Source: Polyangiaceae bacterium (GTDB lineage Bacteria > Myxococcota_A > Polyangia > Polyangiales > Polyangiaceae). Taken from it: a DNA stretch of 64,000 nucleotides. The translations under genes and the position numbers were made by a program. The notes below the pieces were generated by a model. The model was given only the letters and a program-made list of their open reading frames with translations. It had not been told where the DNA came from and did no database searches. Positions within the stretch are counted from its first letter, which is position 1; every line of letters starts with the position of its first letter. The stretch is from assembly GCA_044376115.1 (NCBI GenBank), contig JBILLK010000010.1, positions 256,001 through 320,000 of the forward strand, given 5' to 3'. Below, in pieces: positions 7,899 to 17,475 of the stretch.

Positions 7899-9878
7899 CT
7901 ACCACGCAACCGGCGTCCTCCCGGGCGGAACCACGTCGGGCATTGCGTGAAAGAGCTGGCGGCCTTGATCGGGCAGCGGAGCACAGAGACGCTCTCCCAA
8001 ATCTTCACGCTCCTCTGGATCCGCAGCCAAATCGAAGCAGTGAAACTGGTTATCCCACTCACGCGCTTCAATCTTGCGGGAGCCCTGCATCATGCCCCAG
8101 TTGCGAAACGCACATTCCCAAACCCAAGAGCAATTCGTCATTGGCACCGGCTCGAGCGTCCGCTCTGGGCGTGTGATGGGATGGCCCATCATGCGGGCGC
8201 GAAAGGGGGCCATCTCGGGCGCGTCCCAAAGGCCCATCAAATCAAGAAACGTCGGTCCTAGATCCAGATGCCAGACGAACTCTTCTTTGGCTGCCTTGAG
8301 CGTCGCCTCCTCCTCGGGCGAGAGCGTTCCGGGAGGTGCATCGACCCAACCGCGTACCAGCACCTCTTCATCATAAAGCGAGCTCGTATGACCCATCTGC
8401 CAGTGCTCACGGAAAGACTCACCGTGATCAGCCGTATAGACGATGACGGTCTTGGGGCCGGCTTCACTCTGGCGAATGGTCCGCAGGATCTCTGCCACCG
8501 CTAAGTCGGAGCGGTGCACCACGGATTGATAGTAATTGAAGTACTGGGAGTTGTGCTCGGCGTCCTTGGCGAACGACGTGGGCTGGAAAGGAGCAAGTTC
8601 CTCATCGAAGACGTACGGATAGTGAATATTCGATAGGTGAATCACTGCGAAGAACGGCTCTTTCATCTCAGGCCATTCCTCCTTCACCCGCTCGGCCAAG
8701 AGCTCGTCATTGGCGCCCGCGTCGAGATCCGCCTCACTGTCCAAGTGGGTCGCGACGCAGCCGTGTGAAACGGGGAGGTCTTGGATGTACTGACGAGCAT
8801 TACCGAACATGAGGTTCTGGCTCGTCCAGTAGGCCGTGTCGTACCCGGCGGCCTGCGCGTAGTCCCACAACAATGGCACGGAGTGCAGCAGTTCACGCGA
8901 TTCGGTTGGCCGCACACCCGACCAAATGTTGGAGATCGAAATGGCGGTGGTGGAGGCGTTGGACCTCAGCTGCATCAGCGGAAAGCGGTTCGGCACCACC
9001 GCGTTCGAGAAAGGCGTCGCCAAGTCACAACGACGGTCAGGCTCGATACAGACGACGTCTCCGCGCTGACTCTCTTGCAGAATGAGCACCACATTGCGGG
9101 GCCGGGCAGGTTTGGCTGAGAGCGGAGGGACGGGCTCGGGTTTGCGACGCTGGACTCTCAGATCGGGCGATTCATTCGTAAGGTCGAGCGACTCTTTGGC
9201 CAGCGCCACCAAGCCGTGGATGTAAAGCGCGTCGGGCGGCGAGGCCTGAATACCGCGATAGCTGGTCGGTATCAGCGTTACCGCATAGAAAACGGGCGGC
9301 AAAAGCAGACAGACCACCGTATGAGCGATAGGGCCCGGGCGTACGTACTTGCGAGCCGCGATCAAGGCAAAGGCCCCGACGATCAGCGCAGCAACCAAAT
9401 GAAAGAGCACGATCGGCCTGCCGAGCGGCAGCGTACCGAAGAGCGCCTGAACGAAGTTCTTGGAATGCAGCTGGCCGTCGATACACAGATAAACGTTCCA
9501 AAACGCGTGGAAGGCCCCCTCTGACCCCATCACCACAAAGAAGCAAAGCAGGAAGAGCCCTGCTAGGAAGGCGCTCAGGTTTCCGCGGCGTCTGGAGGCG
9601 GCAAACAGAAGTAATCCCCAGAAGACCAAGCTTTGGGCAATTCCACCCCAGTAGGCCGCCTGATAGTTGCTCGGGAAGGCAGCGATCTTGCCGCCGCGCC
9701 GGATCAGCTCGCCGAACAGCACCCAAGCCGTGGGAATGGCGAGCGAGAGCGCGGCTAACCAACGGCGACGACTGCGCAACTTCCGCCGCGGATAACGCAC
9801 CAAGCTGGGCCGTCGCGCTGCCTCCGCGGCAGCCGAACTATTTTGCTCCGGGGAATCCACCGAGCGTTCGCTCCGCAT
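7899..9878 (-). CDS. Membrane-anchored alkaline-phosphatase-superfamily (LtaS/EptA/sulfatase-like) transferase, paralogue 2
   Basis: About 5 N-terminal TM helices; ILQES, NASTT (Thr nucleophile position), H.PY, TADHGE and GH motifs. Confidence 0.8.
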   Translation of the reverse strand: MRSERSVDSPEQNSSAAAEAARRPSLVRYPRRKLRSRRRWLAALSLAIPTAWVLFGELIRRGGKIAAFPSNYQAAYWGGIAQSLVFWGLLLFAASRRRGNLSAFLAGLFLLCFFVVMGSEGAFHAFWNVYLCIDGQLHSKNFVQALFGTLPLGRPIVLFHLVAALIVGAFALIAARKYVRPGPIAHTVVCLLLPPVFYAVTLIPTSYRGIQASPPDALYIHGLVALAKESLDLTNESPDLRVQRRKPEPVPPLSAKPARPRNVVLILQESQRGDVVCIEPDRRCDLATPFSNAVVPNRFPLMQLRSNASTTAISISNIWSGVRPTESRELLHSVPLLWDYAQAAGYDTAYWTSQNLMFGNARQYIQDLPVSHGCVATHLDSEADLDAGANDELLAERVKEEWPEMKEPFFAVIHLSNIHYPYVFDEELAPFQPTSFAKDAEHNSQYFNYYQSVVHRSDLAVAEILRTIRQSEAGPKTVIVYTADHGESFREHWQMGHTSSLYDEEVLVRGWVDAPPGTLSPEEEATLKAAKEEFVWHLDLGPTFLDLMGLWDAPEMAPFRARMMGHPITRPERTLEPVPMTNCSWVWECAFRNWGMMQGSRKIEAREWDNQFHCFDLAADPEEREDLGERLCAPLPDQGRQLFHAMPDVVPPGRTPVAW

Positions 9879-11748
9879 GCTCAATCAGGTCCGCGCAACC
9901 GGCGTCCCCTAAGTTGTTTTTCTCGAGCGGGTCCACGGCGAGGTCATAACAACCCCAGGCGTCGTCCCATTCACGGGCGTGCACCTTACGAAACCCCTGC
10001 ATCACTCCCCAGTTGCGGAAGGCGCAGCCCCAAACACCGCTGCAATTGGTGAGCGACAACATGGCCGGCGGAGCCACCGGACGAAGCCAACTGTGACCCA
10101 GCATCCCCTTCTTGAAAGGTTGCAGCTGGGGCTCGTCCCAAAGGCCCATGAGGTCCAGCACGGTGGGCGTCATATCGGTCGAAAAGGTGGGCTCGTTTCG
10201 ATGGGCCTCGAGATTCTTGCGCTCCTCCGCACTCAACGTGCCTGGCGGCGCAGAGACCCAACCCGGGACGTGCAGCTCCTCCTCGAACAAGGAGCCGGTG
10301 TGTCCTACAGGGCCGTGCTCCCGGAAGGCCTCCCCGTGATCACTGGTGAAGATGATGACGGTGCGGCTGCCCATCGGACGCGAATTGAACTCACGTAGGA
10401 AACGCCCAACGTGCTTGTCCTGAAGGAAGACCGCGTTCTTGTAAAAATTGCGGTACTCCTCATTGTTATCCGGATCCTTCGAGCTGCTCGAAGGTTGAAA
10501 CGGTGACTGCTCTGGGTCCACTTTGTAGGGCACATGGGTGTTCCCGACGTGCACAGTGGCAAAGAAGGGCTCCTTCAGATTTGGCAACTCAGCCAGCGCC
10601 CGCTCGACGAGCAGCCCATCATCCCCGCCGAGATCCAAGTCCGCCTCGGGCTCCACATCCGAGCCACCACATTGAAAGTCGGTGGGCAGGTCCTGCACCC
10701 ACAGCCGCGAGTTCGCAAACAGCATATGGTGACTCGTCCAATACGCATTACCGAACCCGGCGGCGCGCGCGTAGTCGAACAGCAGCGGGACGCCGTGAAG
10801 GCGCTCGCGTGGCTCCGTTGGTTCAAGCCCCGACCAAAGCACAGCGAGCTGAATCGCCGTGGTCGTGGCATTGGAGTGGAGTTGCTCCAGCGGGATTCGG
10901 TTGGGAACCGCGAGGTTCACTTCCGGGGAGATGTCACACTTCTCCGTCGGCACGGAGCAGTGACAATCGGCTCGGACGCTCTCGGTGAGGAGCAGCAATA
11001 CGTTGCGTGGGATTGGTTGATTCGGGCGCAGCTGTGGCATAGGCGGGGGAGTGCGTCGCCCCGGACGAATCTGCGCAGTCGTGCGAACCCCGGTGAGCTC
11101 TTTGATCAACCCGCCGATGGCGTGAAAGTAGATGACGTCCGGCGTAGAGGCCTGAACGCGCCTGTACGAGCACGGGATGAGGAACACCGCGATCAGCGCC
11201 ACCGGCGCCAAAACTCGCGCCACGCGCACGCTGCGCCGACGCGGCCGGATCAACTTCCGGCCGAGTACCAGGAACAGCAGGGAGAAGAGCAGAGGGGGCA
11301 GCACACTACCCAAAAAGTTTTCGCCATCCGCGCCGAGCTGTCCAAACACACTGCCCGCAAGGGAGGTACCGAACAACGTGGCGTCCAGGTTGAGGTACGT
11401 CGAGTACTGACTATGAAAGTAGAGCTGTCCGCCGAGCGCCAAGGTGAAGAACAGCAAGAAGACGGTGGCAGCGGCCCAACGACTGATACCGCGCTGCGCT
11501 GCCGCGACCCACAACAGGCTCATCCACAGCAGCGCGCTCTCGAGCACGGCCAACGAATAGCTGCCGATGTACTTGGGAGGCAGCGTCATCAGGCGCGTTC
11601 CGCGCGTGGCGAAGTCGGCGATCAGCACCATCAGCACGGGCGACGCGACGAGGGCCCAAGCAAAGCGTCTGCGCAAACGTGCAACGCTCCGCAGCCGGCC
11701 GTCCTTGCGGGCTACACTTTCGGTCATTGCTGGTTGTGAGACGGCCAT
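9838..11748 (-). CDS. Membrane-anchored alkaline-phosphatase-superfamily (LtaS/EptA/sulfatase-like) transferase, paralogue 1
   Basis: TM helices; LLTES, NATTT, HVPY, TSDHGE and GH motifs; clearly similar to the neighbouring gene (shared NCS..W.CAFRNWG.MQG.RK..AREWD). Start ATG 11748 has an SD-like GGAGG. Confidence 0.8.
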   Translation of the reverse strand: MAVSQPAMTESVARKDGRLRSVARLRRRFAWALVASPVLMVLIADFATRGTRLMTLPPKYIGSYSLAVLESALLWMSLLWVAAAQRGISRWAAATVFLLFFTLALGGQLYFHSQYSTYLNLDATLFGTSLAGSVFGQLGADGENFLGSVLPPLLFSLLFLVLGRKLIRPRRRSVRVARVLAPVALIAVFLIPCSYRRVQASTPDVIYFHAIGGLIKELTGVRTTAQIRPGRRTPPPMPQLRPNQPIPRNVLLLLTESVRADCHCSVPTEKCDISPEVNLAVPNRIPLEQLHSNATTTAIQLAVLWSGLEPTEPRERLHGVPLLFDYARAAGFGNAYWTSHHMLFANSRLWVQDLPTDFQCGGSDVEPEADLDLGGDDGLLVERALAELPNLKEPFFATVHVGNTHVPYKVDPEQSPFQPSSSSKDPDNNEEYRNFYKNAVFLQDKHVGRFLREFNSRPMGSRTVIIFTSDHGEAFREHGPVGHTGSLFEEELHVPGWVSAPPGTLSAEERKNLEAHRNEPTFSTDMTPTVLDLMGLWDEPQLQPFKKGMLGHSWLRPVAPPAMLSLTNCSGVWGCAFRNWGVMQGFRKVHAREWDDAWGCYDLAVDPLEKNNLGDAGCADLIEHAERTLGGFPGAK

Positions 11749-11826
11749 CCTCGCCTCCCACGTTTCCAACGTTTTTAGAGTGCGCGCAACGTTTTGGTGA
11801 CATAACCGGTGCTAAGGTGCCGGCCG

Positions 11827-12918
11827 ATGTCCCCCGCCGAGGATGATCGTCGCGCCTCCCTGACGGCTGAGCTCACCACCGCGTTGGTTCGAGAGCTGGC
11901 GCTCGAGTGGCGCCGCTTGAACGATTCGTACTTCAAATCCAAGCTGCGCTTACCGCAATTCCTGCTGACTGCGTCGACGCACACCCTAGGCCGTTACGAC
12001 TACGGCCAACGGGTATTGTCCGTCTCGCAGGCGCTGGCGCTCGAAAAGCCGTGGTCCACGGTGCTCGAGGTGCTCAAACACGAGATGGCGCATCAGTATG
12101 TCTTCGAAATCCTTGGCGTGCTCGATGAGACCGCGCACGGGCCCGCCTTCCGCGAGGTGTGCGAGAAGCTCGGATTCGATGGGCGCGCGCGCGGCATGCC
12201 GGAGGCACCGGAGGAGCCTGTCGCCGAAGACCGCATCCTCGAGCGCGTCGCCAAGTTGCTCGCGCTGGCCGAGAGCCCCAGCAAACACGAGTCGGAAGCG
12301 GCAATGAACGCCGCTCAACGACTGATGCTGAAGTACAACCTCGAGCTTTGTACCAAGCCCGGGAATCGCAACCTTTACCGTCATCGCGCCGTAGGCGTTC
12401 CCACCGGGCGAGTCACTGAGGCCGAGCGCTGGCTAGCGGCCATTCTAACCGGTCACTTCTTCGTCGAAGGGATCTGGGTATCGGTCTATCGGCCGCTCTT
12501 GGGCAAACGCGGCAGCGTCCTCGAGCTCTCGGGTACGGAACAGAACCTGGAGATGGCCGAGTACGTCCATACCTTCCTCAGCCACGCCGCCGAGAGGCTT
12601 TGGCAGGCCCACAAACGTGAGCGCGGTATTCGCGCGAACAAAGACCGCCGCACCTTCTTGGCGGGGGTGATGTCCGGCTTCCACGCCAAGCTCGAAGAGC
12701 AAAAGAAGGCCCAGGCCAAGGAGGGGCTGGTTTGGCTAGGAGACGCGGACTTGAAGACCTTCTACCGCAAGCGCCACCCGCACGTCGTCAGTGTCCGTTA
12801 CGGCGGATCGAGCCGCAATGAGGCTCACTCCGAGGGCCAAAAAGCCGGGCGCTCGCTCGTCATCAACAAGCCGATTACGTCGGGGCCCTCACAGAAGGTA
12901 CGCCTGCTCGGCCGCTGA
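11827..12918 (+). CDS. SprT-like HExxH metalloprotease fused to DUF2786
   Basis: HEMAH and HGPAF (SprT-like); ERVAKLLALAES...EAAMNAAQRLMLKY (DUF2786). Confidence 0.8.
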   Translation: MSPAEDDRRASLTAELTTALVRELALEWRRLNDSYFKSKLRLPQFLLTASTHTLGRYDYGQRVLSVSQALALEKPWSTVLEVLKHEMAHQYVFEILGVLDETAHGPAFREVCEKLGFDGRARGMPEAPEEPVAEDRILERVAKLLALAESPSKHESEAAMNAAQRLMLKYNLELCTKPGNRNLYRHRAVGVPTGRVTEAERWLAAILTGHFFVEGIWVSVYRPLLGKRGSVLELSGTEQNLEMAEYVHTFLSHAAERLWQAHKRERGIRANKDRRTFLAGVMSGFHAKLEEQKKAQAKEGLVWLGDADLKTFYRKRHPHVVSVRYGGSSRNEAHSEGQKAGRSLVINKPITSGPSQKVRLLGR

Positions 12919-12928
12919 GCCGTTTGGC

Positions 12929-15631
12929 TCACAAGCGCAAGCCCGGTGGCAGCCGTTCGCCCTGAAACACCCCGCGCTCCTCGGCTGCGACCGGCACGAC
13001 CTCGAGCACCATCGCGATCAGCTGCGGATCGGCGGCTTCGCGCGTGAGACGAGCAGCGAGCTCGTTGCGCGGGCCAGGCGCCAAATCGCGCGAGCGATCC
13101 CCAGTGAGCCGAGCGATCTCAGCGGCCGCACGCGGCGCAGTGGGCAGATCCTGCCACTTCTCGCGCAGCAGATGATCGAGCCATTTCTCTGCGACCTTCG
13201 GTGAGACCACGTGATGAAACTCTGCGTAGGTCGGGACCCGCGCGCCAATGCGACCGAGCGCAGCCCATAGCCGCGGATCACGCTTGGTCCAGGTGCGCTC
13301 GAGGATCCAATCGCCAAGCTCAGCGCGTGCACGAGCTGGCGTGCGCTCGAGGTGACTCAACAGCTCAAGCATCTCGTAGTCGCTCGACTCCGGTTTGAAC
13401 GTCTTCGACCGCTTGAGCTTCAGCTCGGAAGGAGCGATCAATGGCGCCAACGTATCGCGCAGTTGCAGCTGTAACTTCTCGGGCAAACCGCCTGCGACGC
13501 GACGAAAGCAGATAAAGAGCTGCTGCCAGGTACGGGCCTCTTTGGGGAAGGCCAACCCCTCATTGAACAGCGGGGCTATTTGCGCGGCTCGCTCCTCATC
13601 ACCCGGTGCTCCGTAGCCCGGCCGAGCCGTAAAGCCCGCCAGTTGAAAGAAGACGCGTTCATGGTCGAGCGAGCGCCGCCGCCCCTTCCTGTGTGAGAGC
13701 ACTCGGTCACACAAGGTTCGCGCGACGTCGAGGTTCCAGGTCTCCTTCTCACCGAGCAAGCGACTGAGCTCACGCAAGAGGTTCTTGGCGTCTTTTGGCT
13801 CGCTGCTAGTCCCTTTGCCGTACACGCTCGAGACCAGCTCGAGCGCGCGGTCCAGGTCCTTGCCCAGGTGACGCGAGTGAGCCGCATCAGGCTCCGCCTG
13901 GCCCTCGTCCGCGCGAAGATCGAAAGCGAGCCGGTGGCGTTCCCCAGATCCCGTGAGGGAGATCGCCGTCAGTTCCAGCGTCCCAATCGGGGAGAGCTCT
14001 GCCTCGAGCTGCACCGGCAACTCGCTTATGGCCCCCGCCCGCGAAACGGTGACCGACAGCGGTGGTAGCTTGTCGAACTCACCATTCAAGGGAACGAGCT
14101 GCCCCAGCGCTACGGGCCCAAAGACGTCGGAAGAATACAATTCAAAACGCGCTGGGCGCCCGACCAATAGCTTGAGCTCTTGATCGGTCACACGCAGCGC
14201 GACCCCCTCGGCGGTGCCCTTGGGCACCACGCACAACAGCAGAGGCGTCGCTCCTGAGCCTTTACCTACCTTCACGAAATAGCTCCTCGCGGCGCCTCCT
14301 TCGATCCTCGGGAGTTCCCCGCGCAGAGCCCGAGCATAATGCACTGCTCCGAGCGCTACTGCTGTATCGGGGTCATGGCCCTCAATCAGGAGCGGCGCTT
14401 GCGTATGCCAGGCCGCGAAGGTCTCGAGCAACCGAGCGACGATCGCTTTGGCGCGGAATACGCCGCCATTGAGCAGCAGCGCTCCCAGGCCGTCATCGGC
14501 CGGCAAGTGTCGCTTCAAGAAGGTCGCGATATGGCGAGTTATCGCTGGGTCCCGCTCGAACGGCAGACCCATCGCCACGAGTCCCGCGCGGGTGCGAGCG
14601 GGCTCGTTTGCGAGCGGCACGACTGGAAAGAAGCCGTCGAGTACCAAGCGCTCGGCGGCTTCCCGCGTGAGCGTCGTACTCTTGGTGGAGCCGATGAGCG
14701 AGGAGCCACGGCCGGCAACGCTAATGCGTATTGTCTCCTTTGCGCCGCTTAGCAAGCTCTCCTTCGCGCGTTGACACGATGCAACCAGCGAGGCGAACTG
14801 CACCGATTCGAGCGGCGCCTCCGCCGACAAAGCCGGCTCCAGATGATGCGCGAGCGCTAGATCCATATTGTCGCCACCGAGCAACAAATGCGCACCAACA
14901 GCGGTGCGCGTCACGGCTAGCCCGTGCCCCCCGAGCTCGACCCGAAACAGCGACAGGTCCGTGGTACCGCCGCCGACATCGCAGACGAGCAGGTAGGTCG
15001 CCTTGCGCCCTTCCTCCAGCATACGCTGACGCAGCGGTGCGAGCGCGCCACTCTCCAAAGCGACATAGAGCGCAGCCTGCGGCTCCTCCAGGAGCCGCAC
15101 CGAGAGACCCGCTGCGTCAGCCGCCTCGAGCGTGAGAGTTCTCGCGACCTCATCGAAGGAGGCCGGCACGGTGAGCACCACCTCGCAGTCCTCAGCCTGG
15201 AGCCCAGCCTCGGAGGCTCGCAGCTTTACGTGATTGAGGATCAGGGTTGCAGCAGCTACCGGAGAGAGCCGCGGTGAAGCCTCTTCGGCTGCGAGTCCCC
15301 ATGGCAGAATTGGCGCATGGCGATCAACCCGCGGATGGCAAAGCCAGCTCTTGGAGGAGGCTACCATCCGCGACGGGACCTCCACGCCACGTTGCCTGGC
15401 GAAGACGCCGATGGACCAATCAGCGCCCTCGAGCTCCGGAGCGGCCGTAAGTTCCTCGGGCAGCGCTGAGTAGAGACAGGAGGGTAAAAGCGCCCGGTCC
15501 TCGATCGTGGTGGCGCTGGTGCGTTGCCGAAGCGGCAAGACGCTTGCCTTTGCCGCCGACTCGGCACGCCGCACGGCGAGCACCGTATTCGACGTTCCTA
15601 AGTCAATACCAAGGATCGCGCTGGCCCCCAT
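12929..15631 (-). CDS. Hsp70 (DnaK-related) protein with C-terminal DUF3731-like domain
   Basis: IDLGTSN, TVPASFD, EEPQAA, DVGGGTTD and GGDNMD motifs; long helical C-terminus with RPGYG and WAALGRIGAR. Confidence 0.88.
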   Translation of the reverse strand: MGASAILGIDLGTSNTVLAVRRAESAAKASVLPLRQRTSATTIEDRALLPSCLYSALPEELTAAPELEGADWSIGVFARQRGVEVPSRMVASSKSWLCHPRVDRHAPILPWGLAAEEASPRLSPVAAATLILNHVKLRASEAGLQAEDCEVVLTVPASFDEVARTLTLEAADAAGLSVRLLEEPQAALYVALESGALAPLRQRMLEEGRKATYLLVCDVGGGTTDLSLFRVELGGHGLAVTRTAVGAHLLLGGDNMDLALAHHLEPALSAEAPLESVQFASLVASCQRAKESLLSGAKETIRISVAGRGSSLIGSTKSTTLTREAAERLVLDGFFPVVPLANEPARTRAGLVAMGLPFERDPAITRHIATFLKRHLPADDGLGALLLNGGVFRAKAIVARLLETFAAWHTQAPLLIEGHDPDTAVALGAVHYARALRGELPRIEGGAARSYFVKVGKGSGATPLLLCVVPKGTAEGVALRVTDQELKLLVGRPARFELYSSDVFGPVALGQLVPLNGEFDKLPPLSVTVSRAGAISELPVQLEAELSPIGTLELTAISLTGSGERHRLAFDLRADEGQAEPDAAHSRHLGKDLDRALELVSSVYGKGTSSEPKDAKNLLRELSRLLGEKETWNLDVARTLCDRVLSHRKGRRRSLDHERVFFQLAGFTARPGYGAPGDEERAAQIAPLFNEGLAFPKEARTWQQLFICFRRVAGGLPEKLQLQLRDTLAPLIAPSELKLKRSKTFKPESSDYEMLELLSHLERTPARARAELGDWILERTWTKRDPRLWAALGRIGARVPTYAEFHHVVSPKVAEKWLDHLLREKWQDLPTAPRAAAEIARLTGDRSRDLAPGPRNELAARLTREAADPQLIAMVLEVVPVAAEERGVFQGERLPPGLRL

Positions 15632-15654
15632 GACGACTAGCCCTCCATATCGCG

Positions 15655-17475
15655 TTAGCGTTCGTCGCGCACCGAGAGTTCGATCTTCCAGCGCTCATCG
15701 GGCTTGCGTGGGGTAACCGGCAGCGCCTCGAACAGCAACGTACCCACCTCGGTCACCGAGGCGGCCAGATGCACCGGCACCACTTCTCCCAAAGGCCGCC
15801 CCTCGCTCGGCAACGTTACTTCGATCGGCGGTAGCTCCTCGAGATCCTCGCCAATCTGCTCGATCATCGTACCGGCTACATCGGCGCGACGCGTGGTGGA
15901 GCCGTAAAACTTGAAGCGGACACTCTCGCCAACCACGACCCCTAGTTCGACCTCGGGCAAGCCGGAGCGAGACCCCTCCTCCATACCGAAGGGCGCGACG
16001 CATAGAGCGGTAAGCGGCGGCTCGATTCCCGGAACGGCCGGCGCTGAACTCTCGATACCCACGTAGTATGAGCGAGCGGTACCGCCGCGAATACGCAAGC
16101 CGCTCCCGCGGCGAACTAGCCCATAGTGAGCTGCCCCAACCGCTACAGCATGATCGAGGTCGCTACCGGAGAGCGCCCGAGGTGCCGGCGCGCCCTCGGA
16201 CTCCGCCCAATCCGTAAGGACTGCCATCACTCGCTGTTGCAAACGCGGGCTCTTCATCACCCCGCCGTTGAACAGCACCAATGTCGGGTGCACCATCGTT
16301 CGACCCGGGGCTGACTGCACGCTCGCCTGCTTCGATAGGAAGGCCGCCAAGTGTCTCGTCACGGCCGCGTCATCCGCATAGGGCAAACCTAGTGATACGA
16401 GGCCGACCCTCGGGCGCTTCACCGGCCTGGCCGAGCTCGGTACCAACGGGAAGAAGCCTTCGATCAGCGTCCTCTCCACTTCGGCCTGCTCAATCGTGGT
16501 GCGCAGCGTCCCACCGACGAGCGCTGAGCCGGTTGCGGCGACGGCGACCGGGGCGCTGCCGAGCTGTGCGTCCGAGAGCAGCCTCTCCTTGGCGCCGCGC
16601 GCGGCGAAGGTGAGAGCGACCATTTGCATACGGTCGACCTCCTTGCCTGCCGCGGTCAACTTTTGCTTCGCCAAGTGAGCGAGCGCTAAGTCCATATTGT
16701 CGCCCCCCAACAGGATGTGGTCTCCGACGGCCAACCGCTGAAGCTCGAACGTGCCCTCTGACTCGCTGACGCTGATGAGCGAGAAGTCGGTCGTGCCGCC
16801 GCCAACGTCGACGACCAGGATGACGTCGCCCACTTTGACCTCCTTGCGGAAGGACTCCCCGCGCGAGGCAATCCAAGCGTAGAGCGCTGCCTGGGGCTCC
16901 TCCAGCAGCGTTAGGTTGGTAAAGCCCGCGGCCATCGCGGCTTCCACGGTCAGGTCGCGTGCGGAGGCATCGAACGAAGCCGGTACCGTCAGCACGATAT
17001 CAGCGTCGGCGAGCGACTCCCCGTTCCTCAGGTGAGCGAACGCTTCATTCAAATGATCGAGGTAGCGATAGGAGGCCTCGACCGGCGAGATCTTCTCGAC
17101 ACCGCTATCAGCGGTAGCGGGCAGCACGCCGGAACGCCGATCGATACCGGAGTGACAGAGCCAGCTCTTCGCCGAAGAAACCAGCCTGCCAGGCGCTTCG
17201 ACTCCGCGTTTACGTGCATATTCGCCCACCGCAAAGTTGCGCTCGGCGTCCCAAGGCAAAGCCAGCGCCCCTTCAGTGGGTGCCGCCAAGTAGAGGAAGG
17301 ACGGCAAAAGGTCGCGCTCCTCTACCGTATCGGCGCTCGTCAGCTGGGGGATGTTGATTGACTCGACGTTCGGCGATTCCCCCGCCGAGAAGTCCGCTCG
17401 AGCAACGGCACAATGCGTGGTGCCAAGGTCAATACCAACGACGACCGAGGGCAACGTCTCCGACGTATCATTCAT
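15655..17475 (-). CDS. Hsp70 (DnaK-related) protein
   Basis: IDLGTTH, TVPASFD, EEPQAA, DVGGGTTDFS and GGDNMD motifs. Confidence 0.9.
   Translation of the reverse strand: MNDTSETLPSVVVGIDLGTTHCAVARADFSAGESPNVESINIPQLTSADTVEERDLLPSFLYLAAPTEGALALPWDAERNFAVGEYARKRGVEAPGRLVSSAKSWLCHSGIDRRSGVLPATADSGVEKISPVEASYRYLDHLNEAFAHLRNGESLADADIVLTVPASFDASARDLTVEAAMAAGFTNLTLLEEPQAALYAWIASRGESFRKEVKVGDVILVVDVGGGTTDFSLISVSESEGTFELQRLAVGDHILLGGDNMDLALAHLAKQKLTAAGKEVDRMQMVALTFAARGAKERLLSDAQLGSAPVAVAATGSALVGGTLRTTIEQAEVERTLIEGFFPLVPSSARPVKRPRVGLVSLGLPYADDAAVTRHLAAFLSKQASVQSAPGRTMVHPTLVLFNGGVMKSPRLQQRVMAVLTDWAESEGAPAPRALSGSDLDHAVAVGAAHYGLVRRGSGLRIRGGTARSYYVGIESSAPAVPGIEPPLTALCVAPFGMEEGSRSGLPEVELGVVVGESVRFKFYGSTTRRADVAGTMIEQIGEDLEELPPIEVTLPSEGRPLGEVVPVHLAASVTEVGTLLFEALPVTPRKPDERWKIELSVRDER

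Noticed and set aside
10534..11739. 401-aa plus-strand ORF
   Set aside because: Antisense to a well-supported transferase gene.
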